IMG/VR virus record: IMGVR_UViG_3300038988_000262
Coordinates: 1-36,357 of that record
Length of the DNA stretch: 36,357 bases
Direction: 5' to 3' (one strand)
DNA from: a virus
Taxonomy: Duplodnaviria > Caudoviricetes
How positions within the stretch are numbered: the stretch's first letter is position 1; each line of letters opens with the position of its first letter. The notes below the pieces were generated by a model that saw nothing but the letters and a program-made list of their open reading frames with translations, was not told where the DNA came from and made no database searches. Positions 26,206 to 36,356 of this stretch are shown here, piece by piece. Position numbers and translations under genes: made by a program.

Positions 26206-27363
26206 CTAATATCCCAAAATAATGTCTTCTTTTGTCAGTTGAGAAGCTTTCACAAAACCTCTATTTTCTGTGTATACTTTGTGATCAGGCGTCAATTCTA
26301 AAAACGTGTTATCATCAAATTCTATTTTTATAACATTTGCGTTTTCTTTAGTTTTTAGCGCGTTGACTACTGTATCATATTCAACGTTATTAGTTTCAAT
26401 ATCTAAAGATAATACAGAAAGTTTTTCTCCTTTAGCAAACAAATCGACTATTTCTTTTATGCTTAAATCGCCCATGTTTGTAGCAATTTTAGTGCTTTCA
26501 GTTAAACATGGGTTGGGTGATTCTATCTTTTGATAATAACTCGAGTTACTATATTCATTTACTCTATCTTTAAAAAAGATACCGGGTTCATTGTAATCGT
26601 AAGTATTTTCTACAAATTTTTCAAATATTTCTCTAGCTTTTATTTTTCTATAAACCTTGTTATTATGTTTCAATTCTATTTCGCCATCTTTTTTAAGCGC
26701 TTCTATAAAATCGCTTGTTATTCCTATAGAAATATTAAAATTGGTAAGGTCTTTATTTTTTTTACATGTTATAAATTCTAATATATCTGGATGATTTACG
26801 TCTAGAATAGCAATTCCTGCTCCTCTTCTATTTCCAGCTGATTTCATTGTGGCTATCATACTATCCCATGTATGCATAAAGGAAATAGGACCCGACGCTG
26901 TTGAGCTAACTCCTTTTACGGGAGATCCTTTTGGGCGTATTTTCGAAAAGTTTGCTCCAAATCCTCCGCCTGATTGCTGTATCTTAGCTGCTGCTAATAG
27001 ATTGCTTCCCAATATTCCTTCGATCGAATCTTCTATAGGTACGACAAAACAATTCATAGGCGTAAGCGTAGATGCGTGATTTCCTATAGCTAATAAAGCT
27101 CTTCCAGCTAATATTCCTTTTCTTTCAACCATCACTTTATAAAAAAGCTCTTCTATATCTGATTGAGACAATGGATAATCGTTTATGTTTTTGCAAAAAG
27201 CACTCGCCAATGTTTTTGCAACTCTTCTAAATGCTTGAGATGGTTCAGTTTCTATGGTTATTTGTTTATCGTCTTCTATTTCTTTTACGGCATATTTTTC
27301 CAGAAATATTTCTTTATTAAAATCAGTCAATATTTCAACAGATCCGATCTCAGCTTCAGTCAT
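26206..27363 (-). CDS. nrdJ: Class II ribonucleotide reductase, N-terminal fragment with C-terminal N-intein
   Basis: NCFV, GGGFGANFSKIRPKG, SGPISFM, RRGAGI, HPDILEFI, FNISI, EPGIFF, SPNP followed by CLTEST. Confidence 0.93.
   Translation of the reverse strand: MTEAEIGSVEILTDFNKEIFLEKYAVKEIEDDKQITIETEPSQAFRRVAKTLASAFCKNINDYPLSQSDIEELFYKVMVERKGILAGRALLAIGNHASTLTPMNCFVVPIEDSIEGILGSNLLAAAKIQQSGGGFGANFSKIRPKGSPVKGVSSTASGPISFMHTWDSMIATMKSAGNRRGAGIAILDVNHPDILEFITCKKNKDLTNFNISIGITSDFIEALKKDGEIELKHNNKVYRKIKAREIFEKFVENTYDYNEPGIFFKDRVNEYSNSSYYQKIESPNPCLTESTKIATNMGDLSIKEIVDLFAKGEKLSVLSLDIETNNVEYDTVVNALKTKENANVIKIEFDDNTFLELTPDHKVYTENRGFVKASQLTKEDIILGY
26209..26508 (-). mobile_element. Split intein N-fragment (NrdJ), 100 aa, acidic
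   Basis: Starts CLTEST; block B LTPDHKVYT. Confidence 0.9.
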
Positions 27364-27808
27364 TTTCTACTCCATTTTTCTTTTTTTCTTTCCAGTTTCT
27401 CTTTAATACTTCTTTTGCAACAGAAAACAAAGTTTCTCCAAAAGAAATTTTAGAATGAGAGCATAATTGCATTAAATATATCGTAGCGTCTGCTACGCCA
27501 TCTGCTATAGCGAATTTTGCTTTTTCATCAAAACCTTGTTGATGTTCTCTTATTTTTTGTCTAGCTTTTAATACGACGTGGCATATTTCACCTACTTCTT
27601 CAGCAGCGCCTATAACCATCCAAGGGATTCCCGTATCATTTTTGTTAAAATTTCTTTTTTGCCATTCGAACAATTCTTTTTGCAATTCGTCTAACGATTT
27701 TATGACTATAGCTGTTTCCGTTTTGACAATTTGTTTTTCTTCGCTTCTGTCTTTATTAATTATATCATTATTTTTATCAAAAAGTTCAAGTTGTTTGGCT
27801 GTTTTCAT
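27356..27808 (-). CDS. MazG-like nucleotide pyrophosphohydrolase
   Basis: AEEVGEICH...DGVADATIY all-alpha NTP-PPase motif. Confidence 0.8.
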   Translation of the reverse strand: MKTAKQLELFDKNNDIINKDRSEEKQIVKTETAIVIKSLDELQKELFEWQKRNFNKNDTGIPWMVIGAAEEVGEICHVVLKARQKIREHQQGFDEKAKFAIADGVADATIYLMQLCSHSKISFGETLFSVAKEVLKRNWKEKKKNGVEND

Positions 27809-28127
27809 TTTTAATATTTCCTTTTTGATTTTCGTCTTTTTGAAGTTCTGCTATTTTCTCTGAAATTTTTGTTCTTTCATTTTTTTCGTATTCTTCTATT
27901 TCTTTTTTTAATTTTTCTTCTCCCACTTCTTTAGCTAGTCTTTCCATCAAAAAATTGAGTCTTATTGTTAAATTTTGTATCATTAATATTGTTGATGTAT
28001 AAATTTGCTTTTGATTGTGATTGATAGCTTCGTATGCTTGTATAAGTTGCATTACGTCGTGTTTAAGATTTGATATATCTTTTTGCGTTGCTTGCTGAAT
28101 TTGTAATTCTAGACTTTGTTTATTCAT
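27786..28127 (-). CDS. Hypothetical coiled-coil protein
   Basis: 113-aa ORF coupled by overlaps to both neighbours. Confidence 0.6.
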   Translation of the reverse strand: MNKQSLELQIQQATQKDISNLKHDVMQLIQAYEAINHNQKQIYTSTILMIQNLTIRLNFLMERLAKEVGEEKLKKEIEEYEKNERTKISEKIAELQKDENQKGNIKNENSQTT

Positions 28128-29080
28128 ACATTATGGCTCCCATTAAATTCTATAGTTTTCATAAATATGTTTTCGACATTTTCGGCTTCTTTGACTATTT
28201 TTATTAGAGTGTCTTTTTTATCTATTAAAGCAATATCTTTACATGGCATTTTGTTTGGATCGATATAAAACATGTTTTTTATACTACAATTTTTTTTAAT
28301 TTTTTTTGCGAAATTTTCTATTTCGGTTAATTTAACATCTTTATCAAAGCATAAGCATATATTTTTTTCTATTTTGTTTTTTGAAATATAGTTAGACAAC
28401 GACGACCATTTTCCTTTTCCAAATATACAAACCGAATCATAACCAAATTGAGCTGCTTTTATCATATTGAACATTGATTCGACTACTAATAATGTATTAG
28501 AATTGTTTTTGTCGAATAAAGCTACCAATTTCATGTTTGGATCTGATTTTTTAATTATATGTTTTTGCTTATCTTTGTTGAGTTTTAGAAATTTTCTGGC
28601 ATAAAATGCGTAATCGTTTATTGGAAAAATAATATATCCAAAGTAATAATTTTTTCTATCTGTTATAGGCCAATAATTAAAATTATTTCTCAAAAAGTCT
28701 ATATCTATTCCTCGCTTGTTCAAATACAAGATAGCTTTTTGAGCGATTTTTTCTTCTACTATAATATCTTTTGGCGGTTTTAATTTAATTAATTCTAATT
28801 GTTCATTATTAACAATAATACTTTTTTCAGATTCAAATTTAATATTATATTCTTTTAAAAAATCGATTAATTTGCCATGCGAACCACATTTATAACAATT
28901 ATGAGCATTTTTATTAAAATTAAGACCATGATGAAATTTTTTATCGTCGCAATATGGACATCGTATATTTATTTCTTTTTTATAAAAATTTTTCGTATCA
29001 GTAGCAAATTTTCTTTCTATTTGACGAATTATAGATTTTAAATCGTTAAAATGTATTTTTTGATACATATGAATTGCCAT
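28124..29080 (-). CDS. DNA primase (Zn finger + TOPRIM)
   Basis: CPYC...HNCYKCG Zn finger, IIFP, YAR, VVES (TOPRIM Glu), CFDKD (DxD), KD. Confidence 0.8.
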   Translation of the reverse strand: MAIHMYQKIHFNDLKSIIRQIERKFATDTKNFYKKEINIRCPYCDDKKFHHGLNFNKNAHNCYKCGSHGKLIDFLKEYNIKFESEKSIIVNNEQLELIKLKPPKDIIVEEKIAQKAILYLNKRGIDIDFLRNNFNYWPITDRKNYYFGYIIFPINDYAFYARKFLKLNKDKQKHIIKKSDPNMKLVALFDKNNSNTLLVVESMFNMIKAAQFGYDSVCIFGKGKWSSLSNYISKNKIEKNICLCFDKDVKLTEIENFAKKIKKNCSIKNMFYIDPNKMPCKDIALIDKKDTLIKIVKEAENVENIFMKTIEFNGSHNV

Positions 29081-30806
29081 CTAATCCTTTTATCGCTGTT
29101 ATCGTATTGTCAAACAGAGTATCCACTTCTTCTATAACGCTATGATGAGATATCAATAAACACATCATATTTAGATTAATAGCATATTGTTTTATAAATT
29201 CTATCACATATCTGCCAGAAATCATATCCAAATGATCAAGCGCTTCATCTATTATTAAAAATTTTAGTTTATTATTTTTAAAATACGTCATAGCGATATC
29301 TAATAATGATAACACGATAACTATATCTACTTTTTGTTTTTCTCCAGAACTTAATTGATCGTATTTAAACTTTTCGCCATTTACATAAATTGATTCTGTT
29401 ATATTTGAATCTATTATCGTAAACGAAAACGAAAAGTCTTTATTATAAAAATTATTGACATATTTTTGTATGTTAGAATTTAAAATTTTAAGTAGATCAG
29501 ATGCTAGCGTCATTCTTGTTTTAGATTTAGGTGTAAGCAATTCTTTCCAAAATTCAGTTATTTCGCTTTTTTCTTTAGCTTCTTGCCAATCGATTTCAAC
29601 AAGTTTTGTTTTATTTTCTATTTCTTCAACTTTACTCAAATCGTTAAAAATAGATTTTAAATTAGAAATAGTCTTTTTATTTTGCGAAATTTGATATTGT
29701 AATTCTTTTATTTTTTTAGTATATTCATTCGATAAATTTACTATATCGTCATATTCAGCAAATTCTTTCGAATTTTTTTCGACATCTAATTCAAGTAATA
29801 ATTTATTAAGTTTTTCTTTTTCTTCAGAAAGTTTTTCTTTTTCACTTTTTAAAATTTCTTCTCTATTAGGAAGTTCTTGTTTGCAAGCGTGACATTTTTT
29901 ATTAGTTTCGTAATATTTTATATTTTTTTGATGTATATTTATTTGATGTTCTAATTTAGATTTGGTTTCTATCAATTTCGATATATTAAGCTGTTTTTGT
30001 GTTACTATTTCGTTGAGTTGACTTATTTTATCTAAATCGTCGTCTCTTTTTCTTTCTATTTCGGAAATTTCGTTTTCTATTTGCTGCACTTTAGAAGTTA
30101 ATATAGATATGTTTTCGTTTATATTTTTATTTACAGTTTCTTCTTGATCTTTTAAATTTTTGAGAGTTGTTTTTAAAGCGTAGTATTCAGTATTTATTTT
30201 TTCATATACTTCTTGATCTTCTTTTGCTATATTCGAAAGTGTCGTAAAGATTTTAGAAACGATATTAAGATTTAAAACGCGTTCTAATATATCGATTTTA
30301 TGAGAACTATTTCCTTTCACGAATTTAAATAATTCGGGATTTAATATGTTGTTGTGTATAAACATTTGATAATCTATGCCAATAAGATTTTCTATTTTAT
30401 TCTGTGTTTCGGTCAACGTATCATTAGCAGAAACTAATTCATCGTTTATAAAAAAATTACATTGTGTATATGCTGGCGATTTAGATCTTATTCGTTCTAT
30501 TTTATATCTATTTTTTATTGTTCCTTTTGTTGAATCGACAAACGTCATTATTACGCGCAAAGGATCATTCGATTTTTTGCAAATTAGATCGTCTAAATTA
30601 AGCTCTTTTTTGATTGACCGTCCGAAAAAAGAAAAAACTATCGCGTCTACTATAGTTGATTTTCCCGATCCATTAGACGATTTATCTAATTCATCTATGC
30701 CTCTTATCAAAACTAAATTCCCTTGCTTTTCGACAAAAGATATTTCATGTCTGCCTAAATATGAATTAAAGTTTTCAAATACCAAATTTTCTAATTTATA
30801 GGACAT
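29046..30806 (-). CDS. Rad50/SbcC/T4 gp46-like recombination ATPase
   Basis: NGSGKST, zinc hook CHAC, signature LSSGEKQ, Walker B IIDE, ISH. Confidence 0.92.
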   Translation of the reverse strand: MSYKLENLVFENFNSYLGRHEISFVEKQGNLVLIRGIDELDKSSNGSGKSTIVDAIVFSFFGRSIKKELNLDDLICKKSNDPLRVIMTFVDSTKGTIKNRYKIERIRSKSPAYTQCNFFINDELVSANDTLTETQNKIENLIGIDYQMFIHNNILNPELFKFVKGNSSHKIDILERVLNLNIVSKIFTTLSNIAKEDQEVYEKINTEYYALKTTLKNLKDQEETVNKNINENISILTSKVQQIENEISEIERKRDDDLDKISQLNEIVTQKQLNISKLIETKSKLEHQINIHQKNIKYYETNKKCHACKQELPNREEILKSEKEKLSEEKEKLNKLLLELDVEKNSKEFAEYDDIVNLSNEYTKKIKELQYQISQNKKTISNLKSIFNDLSKVEEIENKTKLVEIDWQEAKEKSEITEFWKELLTPKSKTRMTLASDLLKILNSNIQKYVNNFYNKDFSFSFTIIDSNITESIYVNGEKFKYDQLSSGEKQKVDIVIVLSLLDIAMTYFKNNKLKFLIIDEALDHLDMISGRYVIEFIKQYAINLNMMCLLISHHSVIEEVDTLFDNTITAIKGLDGNSYVSKNTF

Positions 30807-31948
30807 ATTTTCCTCAATCTAGAAATATACTTTTCTATTGTTTCAGGCGATTTTTCTTTTACTTTTAATAATTGTTCGCCTTTTTCTATTATCATATCTA
30901 GTACATTAATATTATCTATTTTAGATATATAAAAATTTTCTTGATCTTCTATAACTTCTGTCGAATCTATACTTTTAGTTTCATACGCAGTAAATAAAAA
31001 TTCGTATTTTTTTATAAAATCATTTATTTTTTTTCTACTTTCCTCATTGTTAATAGCGCAAATTCTAGCGTATATATTCGTATTTGGATATCTTTTTATT
31101 TCGTCTTCGACAAATTTTATTCTTTCATTTGTTTGTCGTTCTTTTTCTAAGTTGAATTTTACAAAGATTGGACAAAACGGATTTTCGACAAAATACATAT
31201 TACATTTGCTGCTTTCTATATCTAATACAGTTATACCTTTTCTAGTTAAACTATCGCCAAAATTATGATTAAGAACAGATCCTATATAATAAAAATTGTC
31301 TTTTATATTTTTATGAAAATGTATATGCCCAGAAAAAATTGCTGAATAAATTTCTAAATGAAGGTCTTCATATGAATTTAGTTTATTTAATTGATATGTT
31401 GATTGTATAAGACCATCGTAAGCCTCTTTTATATCTAAATGACAAAAAACATACGTATTTGATTTAGTATTTTTAAATTTTTCGTATAAAATATTAAAAG
31501 CTTCTTTAACTTTTTCTTGATTTCTTATATAAGGTATAAAAATCAAATGAGAATTGATTTCGCTAAAATATTTTATTTTTATACTATTTTTTATTAGTAT
31601 AGTTTCTCCTACATCTTCAAAAGTATCTAATGCTGATATGTCGTCACTTTCGTCATGATTTCCTTTTATTAAAACACCTTGTTTTGATAAAGACGATTTG
31701 TTTATATTGTTTACTGATTTAAAAACGTAATTATATCTCTCAACGTAAAATCTAAGAGCTTGATGAAAAGTATCTCCCAAATTTATAGGCATGCTAACGT
31801 TTAAACTAGTTACTTTTTCATTTATCCAGTTTAAAGTCGAATATAGTTCTTCGATTCTTGAATATTTAGAAAAAGTATATTTTTCTTTTTTAACATTAAA
31901 ACTATATATGTTAGCAGAGTGCAAATCGCAGTATAAAAGAAATCTCAT
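30791..31948 (-). CDS. Mre11/SbcD/T4 gp47-like nuclease
   Basis: DLH, GD, GNHD, CH, SGHIH metallophosphoesterase motifs. Confidence 0.92.
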   Translation of the reverse strand: MRFLLYCDLHSANIYSFNVKKEKYTFSKYSRIEELYSTLNWINEKVTSLNVSMPINLGDTFHQALRFYVERYNYVFKSVNNINKSSLSKQGVLIKGNHDESDDISALDTFEDVGETILIKNSIKIKYFSEINSHLIFIPYIRNQEKVKEAFNILYEKFKNTKSNTYVFCHLDIKEAYDGLIQSTYQLNKLNSYEDLHLEIYSAIFSGHIHFHKNIKDNFYYIGSVLNHNFGDSLTRKGITVLDIESSKCNMYFVENPFCPIFVKFNLEKERQTNERIKFVEDEIKRYPNTNIYARICAINNEESRKKINDFIKKYEFLFTAYETKSIDSTEVIEDQENFYISKIDNINVLDMIIEKGEQLLKVKEKSPETIEKYISRLRKICPIN

Positions 31949-31949
31949 T

Positions 31950-32948
31950 TTAGTTTTCTGTTTTAGGCAACATATTAAGAATTGGTTTCATAAATTCGTC
32001 AACTCTTGCTGTGATAGTATTAATATTTTCTTTTAAAAGTAGTTGCATAAAATCCATTTTAGAAAATGATGGTTTAGAATTTATAGCTGAATATATTATA
32101 GATAGTGATTGTGGTGAAAAATCCATATTTATTAAATCTATAAGTTTATAATTAAGCTTAAGATTATCTTTTTCATTCTCAAAATATTTGCCAAATTTTT
32201 TCTTTAAATCTGGAAATTCTTCTAATAAAGAATATATATCGTCTACGGAAACTAGAAAATTTTTGTTATTTTTTGTCGCGAAATTAAATAATTGTTGTAT
32301 TTTTTTATCTCCGAATTTTTTTAATCCTTTAATATTATCTGACGAATCTCCTCTAATTGCTTTATAAAGTCTATAAGAATGTATGGGTATATTTACTGGA
32401 AAATATTCGTTTACGTTTTCTTTTGTTATATATTTCTTTTTATGAGGATTAAATATTTTTACTTTATCATTTTCAAGCAATTGATAAAAATCTTTATCAT
32501 TAGACACTATAGTAACTGTTTTATCTAAATTTAAGAAATAATGTGCAGTAAAAGCTATTAGACAATCGCCTTCTATTTGTTTTACTATTATTAGTTTTAT
32601 AGGAAGTGTTTTTAGTATATCAATTATAACATTTTTTTGTCTTTTTCTTGATTCTATTTCGTTCATTTTTATAGTTAAATCATATCCCGACAATGTACTA
32701 AGATCGACGTTTCTATTAGCCTTATAGTTTTTATATAATTGCTTTTTTCTAACATCTCTGCCGAAATCGAATATTATGTAACATTGTTCTGGTTTTTCTT
32801 TGTCTATCAACATTCTTAAATGTCTTAAAAAAACGTAGATAGCAGTAGTATCTTGTCCTTTTGCATTTTGTAAAGTAGTATCTGTAGCAGCGAAAAATGC
32901 TCTGACAAAAAGATTTGATCCGTCGGCTATTAATATATCACTCATCAA
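31950..32948 (-). CDS. 5'-3' exonuclease / RNase H (FEN, PolI N-domain-like)
   Basis: IADGSNL, FD, YKANR, EGDC, SNDKDFYQL, GDSSDNIKG. Confidence 0.92.
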   Translation of the reverse strand: MMSDILIADGSNLFVRAFFAATDTTLQNAKGQDTTAIYVFLRHLRMLIDKEKPEQCYIIFDFGRDVRKKQLYKNYKANRNVDLSTLSGYDLTIKMNEIESRKRQKNVIIDILKTLPIKLIIVKQIEGDCLIAFTAHYFLNLDKTVTIVSNDKDFYQLLENDKVKIFNPHKKKYITKENVNEYFPVNIPIHSYRLYKAIRGDSSDNIKGLKKFGDKKIQQLFNFATKNNKNFLVSVDDIYSLLEEFPDLKKKFGKYFENEKDNLKLNYKLIDLINMDFSPQSLSIIYSAINSKPSFSKMDFMQLLLKENINTITARVDEFMKPILNMLPKTEN

Positions 32949-32949
32949 T

Positions 32950-33159
32950 TTATTCCTTATTTTTACTATTCTTTTTCTTTTTATTGTTTTCGTGTTTTTT
33001 AATAAAAATTTTTATTTCGTCGTATAATTCTACAGGAAAACAATACGATGTGTCTATCATTAGTCCACTACATACCCAACCCTTTTTTTCGATTTGTTTT
33101 AGAATATTGATAGCTTTGTTTAACAAATCATTTTCAGATTTAGTCATATGTTTAATCAC
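32950..33159 (-). CDS. Small hypothetical protein
   Basis: 69-aa ORF filling the gap in the operon, overlapping the upstream stop. Confidence 0.5.
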   Translation of the reverse strand: MIKHMTKSENDLLNKAINILKQIEKKGWVCSGLMIDTSYCFPVELYDEIKIFIKKHENNKKKKNSKNKE

Positions 33160-33790
33160 CCGTAAAATTGAGATAAATAGAATCTAAAACGTATTTAATT
33201 TTTCTTTTTGGAATTTTACTTTCTTTTTGTATTTCTTTAACTATATCAACATATTTTAAATTATCGTCAAGCAATATTTTGTTTTTTATACTTTCAAGAA
33301 TTATTTTATAATCTTCGTCATAGTCTATCAAAATTTTTTCTAAAGTTATTTTTTCTATATAATCTTTTATAGATAGAATATCGGCAGTTTCTAAATCTTC
33401 AGAACTAAGTTCAAATGTATTTTCTACATTTTCGATGTTGATTTTAGTTTGTTCGTTGGCGTTAAGAGAAGTATCGTTATAGTTGTTTTTTAGATACCAA
33501 AAAATTTTATTTTTAGCTACTGCCGTGAAATATGAGAAAGCATCTCCTTTGACTTTATTCCACTTAAGAATAACTTCCATTATTCCAGTCCAAGCTTCTT
33601 GATATAAGTCATCATTTATATAATTTCGTCTAAGTAATTTATATTTGCTTATAACTCCTTTTATAAGGAGATCAAAAACTGGAAAAAGTTCGTTTAATAT
33701 TTTCTCTCTATCTTTTTCATTATTTTGATATAAAAGAATTTTTTCTTCTACTTCTTTATTATCAAAATACATTTTTTGTTTGCGTGACAT
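33152..33790 (-). CDS. RNA polymerase sigma factor-like protein (region 2; gp55-like)
   Basis: YFDNKE, DDLYQEAW...KWN...AFSYFTAVAKN. Position beside gp46/47 and uvsX as in T4-like phages. Confidence 0.75.
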   Translation of the reverse strand: MSRKQKMYFDNKEVEEKILLYQNNEKDREKILNELFPVFDLLIKGVISKYKLLRRNYINDDLYQEAWTGIMEVILKWNKVKGDAFSYFTAVAKNKIFWYLKNNYNDTSLNANEQTKINIENVENTFELSSEDLETADILSIKDYIEKITLEKILIDYDEDYKIILESIKNKILLDDNLKYVDIVKEIQKESKIPKRKIKYVLDSIYLNFTGD

Positions 33791-33791
33791 G

Positions 33792-34823
33792 TCAATCTAA
33801 AACCTCGTATATTCTATCGATATTTGTAGTATATACTGCATCCCATTCTTTTCTTTTAAATTTTATAATTTTTTCGGGATTATTATCAGTAACGTCTTCA
33901 TTAAGATTCAGCTCCCAACTTGGTCCAACTGCTACTATTCTTCTGCTATCTTTTAACGCTTCGAATGCTGTAAGTGGAATATCGAAACTACCTAAACTAT
34001 GATTAAAAATTAATGACGCTTCTAATAGTGGAGTATAAGCTTTATTTTTGATAGTTTTAGCAACTATTTTTTTACCAGTTATATTTGACGCTTTATCTAT
34101 GTCTATAGTGTTAGTTACTTTTAAAAAAATTCTTTGGATTGCTGCGTATTTAGGCGCGTGACCTCCAGGCGTTATGTATTTTTCACCAAAAGTTTGACCT
34201 ACGTTTTCTCTTACTTGATTTATAATTAATAGCGAAATTTCAGTATTTTGTAGAGGTTTTGCAATTTTTCTAAGACCCATAGAGTTGACTCTAGCTCTTA
34301 TTGCCATTTCTTTATCGTAAGCGTCTCCAGGCTCCATTTCGATTTCTTTTTTGGCAGGCGTTTGTGCTAACGAATCCCAAACTATCAACGCAGGTCGGTC
34401 CCATGTTCTTTTTTCGACTTTAGATAACATAACTTGTGCTATTACATCGTATACATCTTCTAAACAATTCGGTTGATGATATATTAACTGATTTGTATCT
34501 ACTCCAAGTGACGCAAGTCTTTTCATCGACGTAGCAGCTTCTGTATCTAAATACACTACTGGCATTTCTTTTTTTTGCGCTTGAGCTGTAATAAGCGCAG
34601 CTAGAGTTGATTTTCCAGAAGCTTCTAAACCCATTAATTCAATAACTCCGCCAATTATTATACCACCACCTAATTTCTTATCTAAACTAGGTATGCCAGT
34701 TGGTATAAAATTAAAAGCGTCAATTTGTATGGGATCTGCTGATCCGAAAATAGCTTCTTTTATGCCATAAATAGGATCTTTTTTAGAATCTCCGCCTTCA
34801 TTTTTTTGCGTTTTTAATCTCAT
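33792..34823 (-). CDS. recA: RecA/UvsX recombinase
   Basis: PTGIPSLD..LGGG, GLEASGKST, DTE, VWDSLA, INQVRE, TPGG, KNK. Confidence 0.95.
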   Translation of the reverse strand: MRLKTQKNEGGDSKKDPIYGIKEAIFGSADPIQIDAFNFIPTGIPSLDKKLGGGIIIGGVIELMGLEASGKSTLAALITAQAQKKEMPVVYLDTEAATSMKRLASLGVDTNQLIYHQPNCLEDVYDVIAQVMLSKVEKRTWDRPALIVWDSLAQTPAKKEIEMEPGDAYDKEMAIRARVNSMGLRKIAKPLQNTEISLLIINQVRENVGQTFGEKYITPGGHAPKYAAIQRIFLKVTNTIDIDKASNITGKKIVAKTIKNKAYTPLLEASLIFNHSLGSFDIPLTAFEALKDSRRIVAVGPSWELNLNEDVTDNNPEKIIKFKRKEWDAVYTTNIDRIYEVLD

Positions 34824-34835
34824 AAATTTCTCCTA

Positions 34836-35741
34836 TTAAAACGGATCTTCGTCATCGGCTGTTTCATTCGAATATGGCCCTACATATTCTTTTTGTTCAT
34901 TAGTTTCGGTATCGATCATTTGTTCATCACTAAAAATTTCATTAACGTTGTTATTTTTATCATTTTTAAATGCTTCTATATAATTTGCTAATTCCTTAGA
35001 TCTTTCTTCCATTTCGATCGCTTTTTGAGAACGTCTTTCTAAAGTTTCTATTTCTTTGTAATATTTTTTTAATTCATAAGCTATTTTATAAATGTATTCT
35101 TTATCGGATAGAACTTCGTTTTCGATAAACGTTTCTAAAGGCTTTTCGTGTACTGTTTTTAATATTTGCTTAAAACCCTCAGACGTTGAAGGTATGACTA
35201 CAGTTTTATCAATTTCAATATCAAAATATCCTTTTTCGTTAGTATATAATTTTATTTTATGTCTAAAAGCATCTATTAAATTTATGTTATCTTCGAGTAT
35301 AATATCAGAAAGTTTTTGCCTAAAAGTAGAATATAAATAATCTTGAAACCAAGCAACTTTTATTCTTTTTTCATGAATAACATATGTTAAAAAGAATTTA
35401 GTTCCAACAGCCATTTTATAAATATGCTTTGGTACTCTATTTTCTTCTATTAATTCTTCGATCGCGCACGAGCCCTTACAATTTACTCTTGTTGGTCTTT
35501 GAATTTTTAATTTTTCTTTGACAAATTCATATACTCCGAAATGAGTTGTTACTTCTTCGAAAGGATAGTCTACATCAGCTACATCGTTCTCGATGTCTAT
35601 AAACGATACTTTTGGTATAATAAAAAATTGGTAGACTTCATTTTTTTGGAATTTTAATGTTTCGACAGATCCGAATGAATTGCTTTGCGTTTGAGTTTCT
35701 TTAAATTTTTGCGCAAACGTTTCTTTTGGTCTAATAATCAT
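34836..35741 (-). CDS. Putative gp32-like single-stranded DNA-binding protein
   Basis: H...C...C metal-site-like spacing (THF, NCKGSC), acidic tail DDEDPF, directly upstream of recA, GGAGG SD. Confidence 0.6.
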   Translation of the reverse strand: MIIRPKETFAQKFKETQTQSNSFGSVETLKFQKNEVYQFFIIPKVSFIDIENDVADVDYPFEEVTTHFGVYEFVKEKLKIQRPTRVNCKGSCAIEELIEENRVPKHIYKMAVGTKFFLTYVIHEKRIKVAWFQDYLYSTFRQKLSDIILEDNINLIDAFRHKIKLYTNEKGYFDIEIDKTVVIPSTSEGFKQILKTVHEKPLETFIENEVLSDKEYIYKIAYELKKYYKEIETLERRSQKAIEMEERSKELANYIEAFKNDKNNNVNEIFSDEQMIDTETNEQKEYVGPYSNETADDEDPF

Positions 35742-35771
35742 GATATAAATCCTCCATGCCTTTATTTTTAT

Positions 35772-35783
35772 ATTATATCATAA
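35772..35783 (-). promoter_or_regulatory. Extended -10 promoter for the replication operon
   Basis: - strand TTATGATATAAT, identical to 6482-6493. Confidence 0.6.
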
Positions 35784-35810
35784 GCTTACGATACATTGAC
35801 CATATTTTAC

Positions 35811-36356
35811 TTACGTTTTTATTTTAAACTCCAATTTTTTCTTGAAATTTTTTAAGAAATCGTGACTTAAATTGTTTTTGAGATCTATAGTCGTGAAATA
35901 ATTCATGCGACAAATTTTTTCCGTAGAAAACGATTTTTCTAAAGGATTTAGATCGTTTCTTTTTGCATTGTTAGCGCTTAATATAAAAAACGTTTTTCCT
36001 AAATTGCTACTATCTTTCGATATTAATGGTTCTATGTTATTTAATAATTTCGTTGAATTAATTGTGAAAAAGATATACGACGACTTTTTGTTTTCTGTAG
36101 ATTTGATTTTTTTTCTATGTATTCTTATTGTATTTACATGTTTAGCAAAATCTGAATTAAAATTTGACGAAAAATCTACATTTTTTTCTTTTTCAACTGA
36201 AAAGACTGATACAATAGTTTCGTTATCTACAACATCGAAATCATCATCAAATTTTTCTTTTTTAAAATCAAAAGTATAAAAACGTTCTTTATCTATTTTA
36301 TAAAAAATAGTTTTATCAGTAACTTCAACTAAATTTGAGACGAAATTAGTTATTTG
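35811..36356 (-). CDS. Hypothetical protein, 5'-truncated by the window end (absent from the ORF track)
   Basis: Open frame QITNFVSNLVEVTDK...KLEFKIKT* of about 181 codons ending at TAA 35811-35813. Confidence 0.65.
   Translation of the reverse strand, partial: QITNFVSNLVEVTDKTIFYKIDKERFYTFDFKKEKFDDDFDVVDNETIVSVFSVEKEKNVDFSSNFNSDFAKHVNTIRIHRKKIKSTENKKSSYIFFTINSTKLLNNIEPLISKDSSNLGKTFFILSANNAKRNDLNPLEKSFSTEKICRMNYFTTIDLKNNLSHDFLKNFKKKLEFKIKT

Noticed and set aside
8782-36279. Numerous + strand ORFs (e.g. 8782-9051, 10097-10396, 23251-23589, 30376-30801, 35905-36279)
   Set aside because: They are antisense shadows of well-supported - strand genes, rich in F/I/S/L, with no recognisable motifs.
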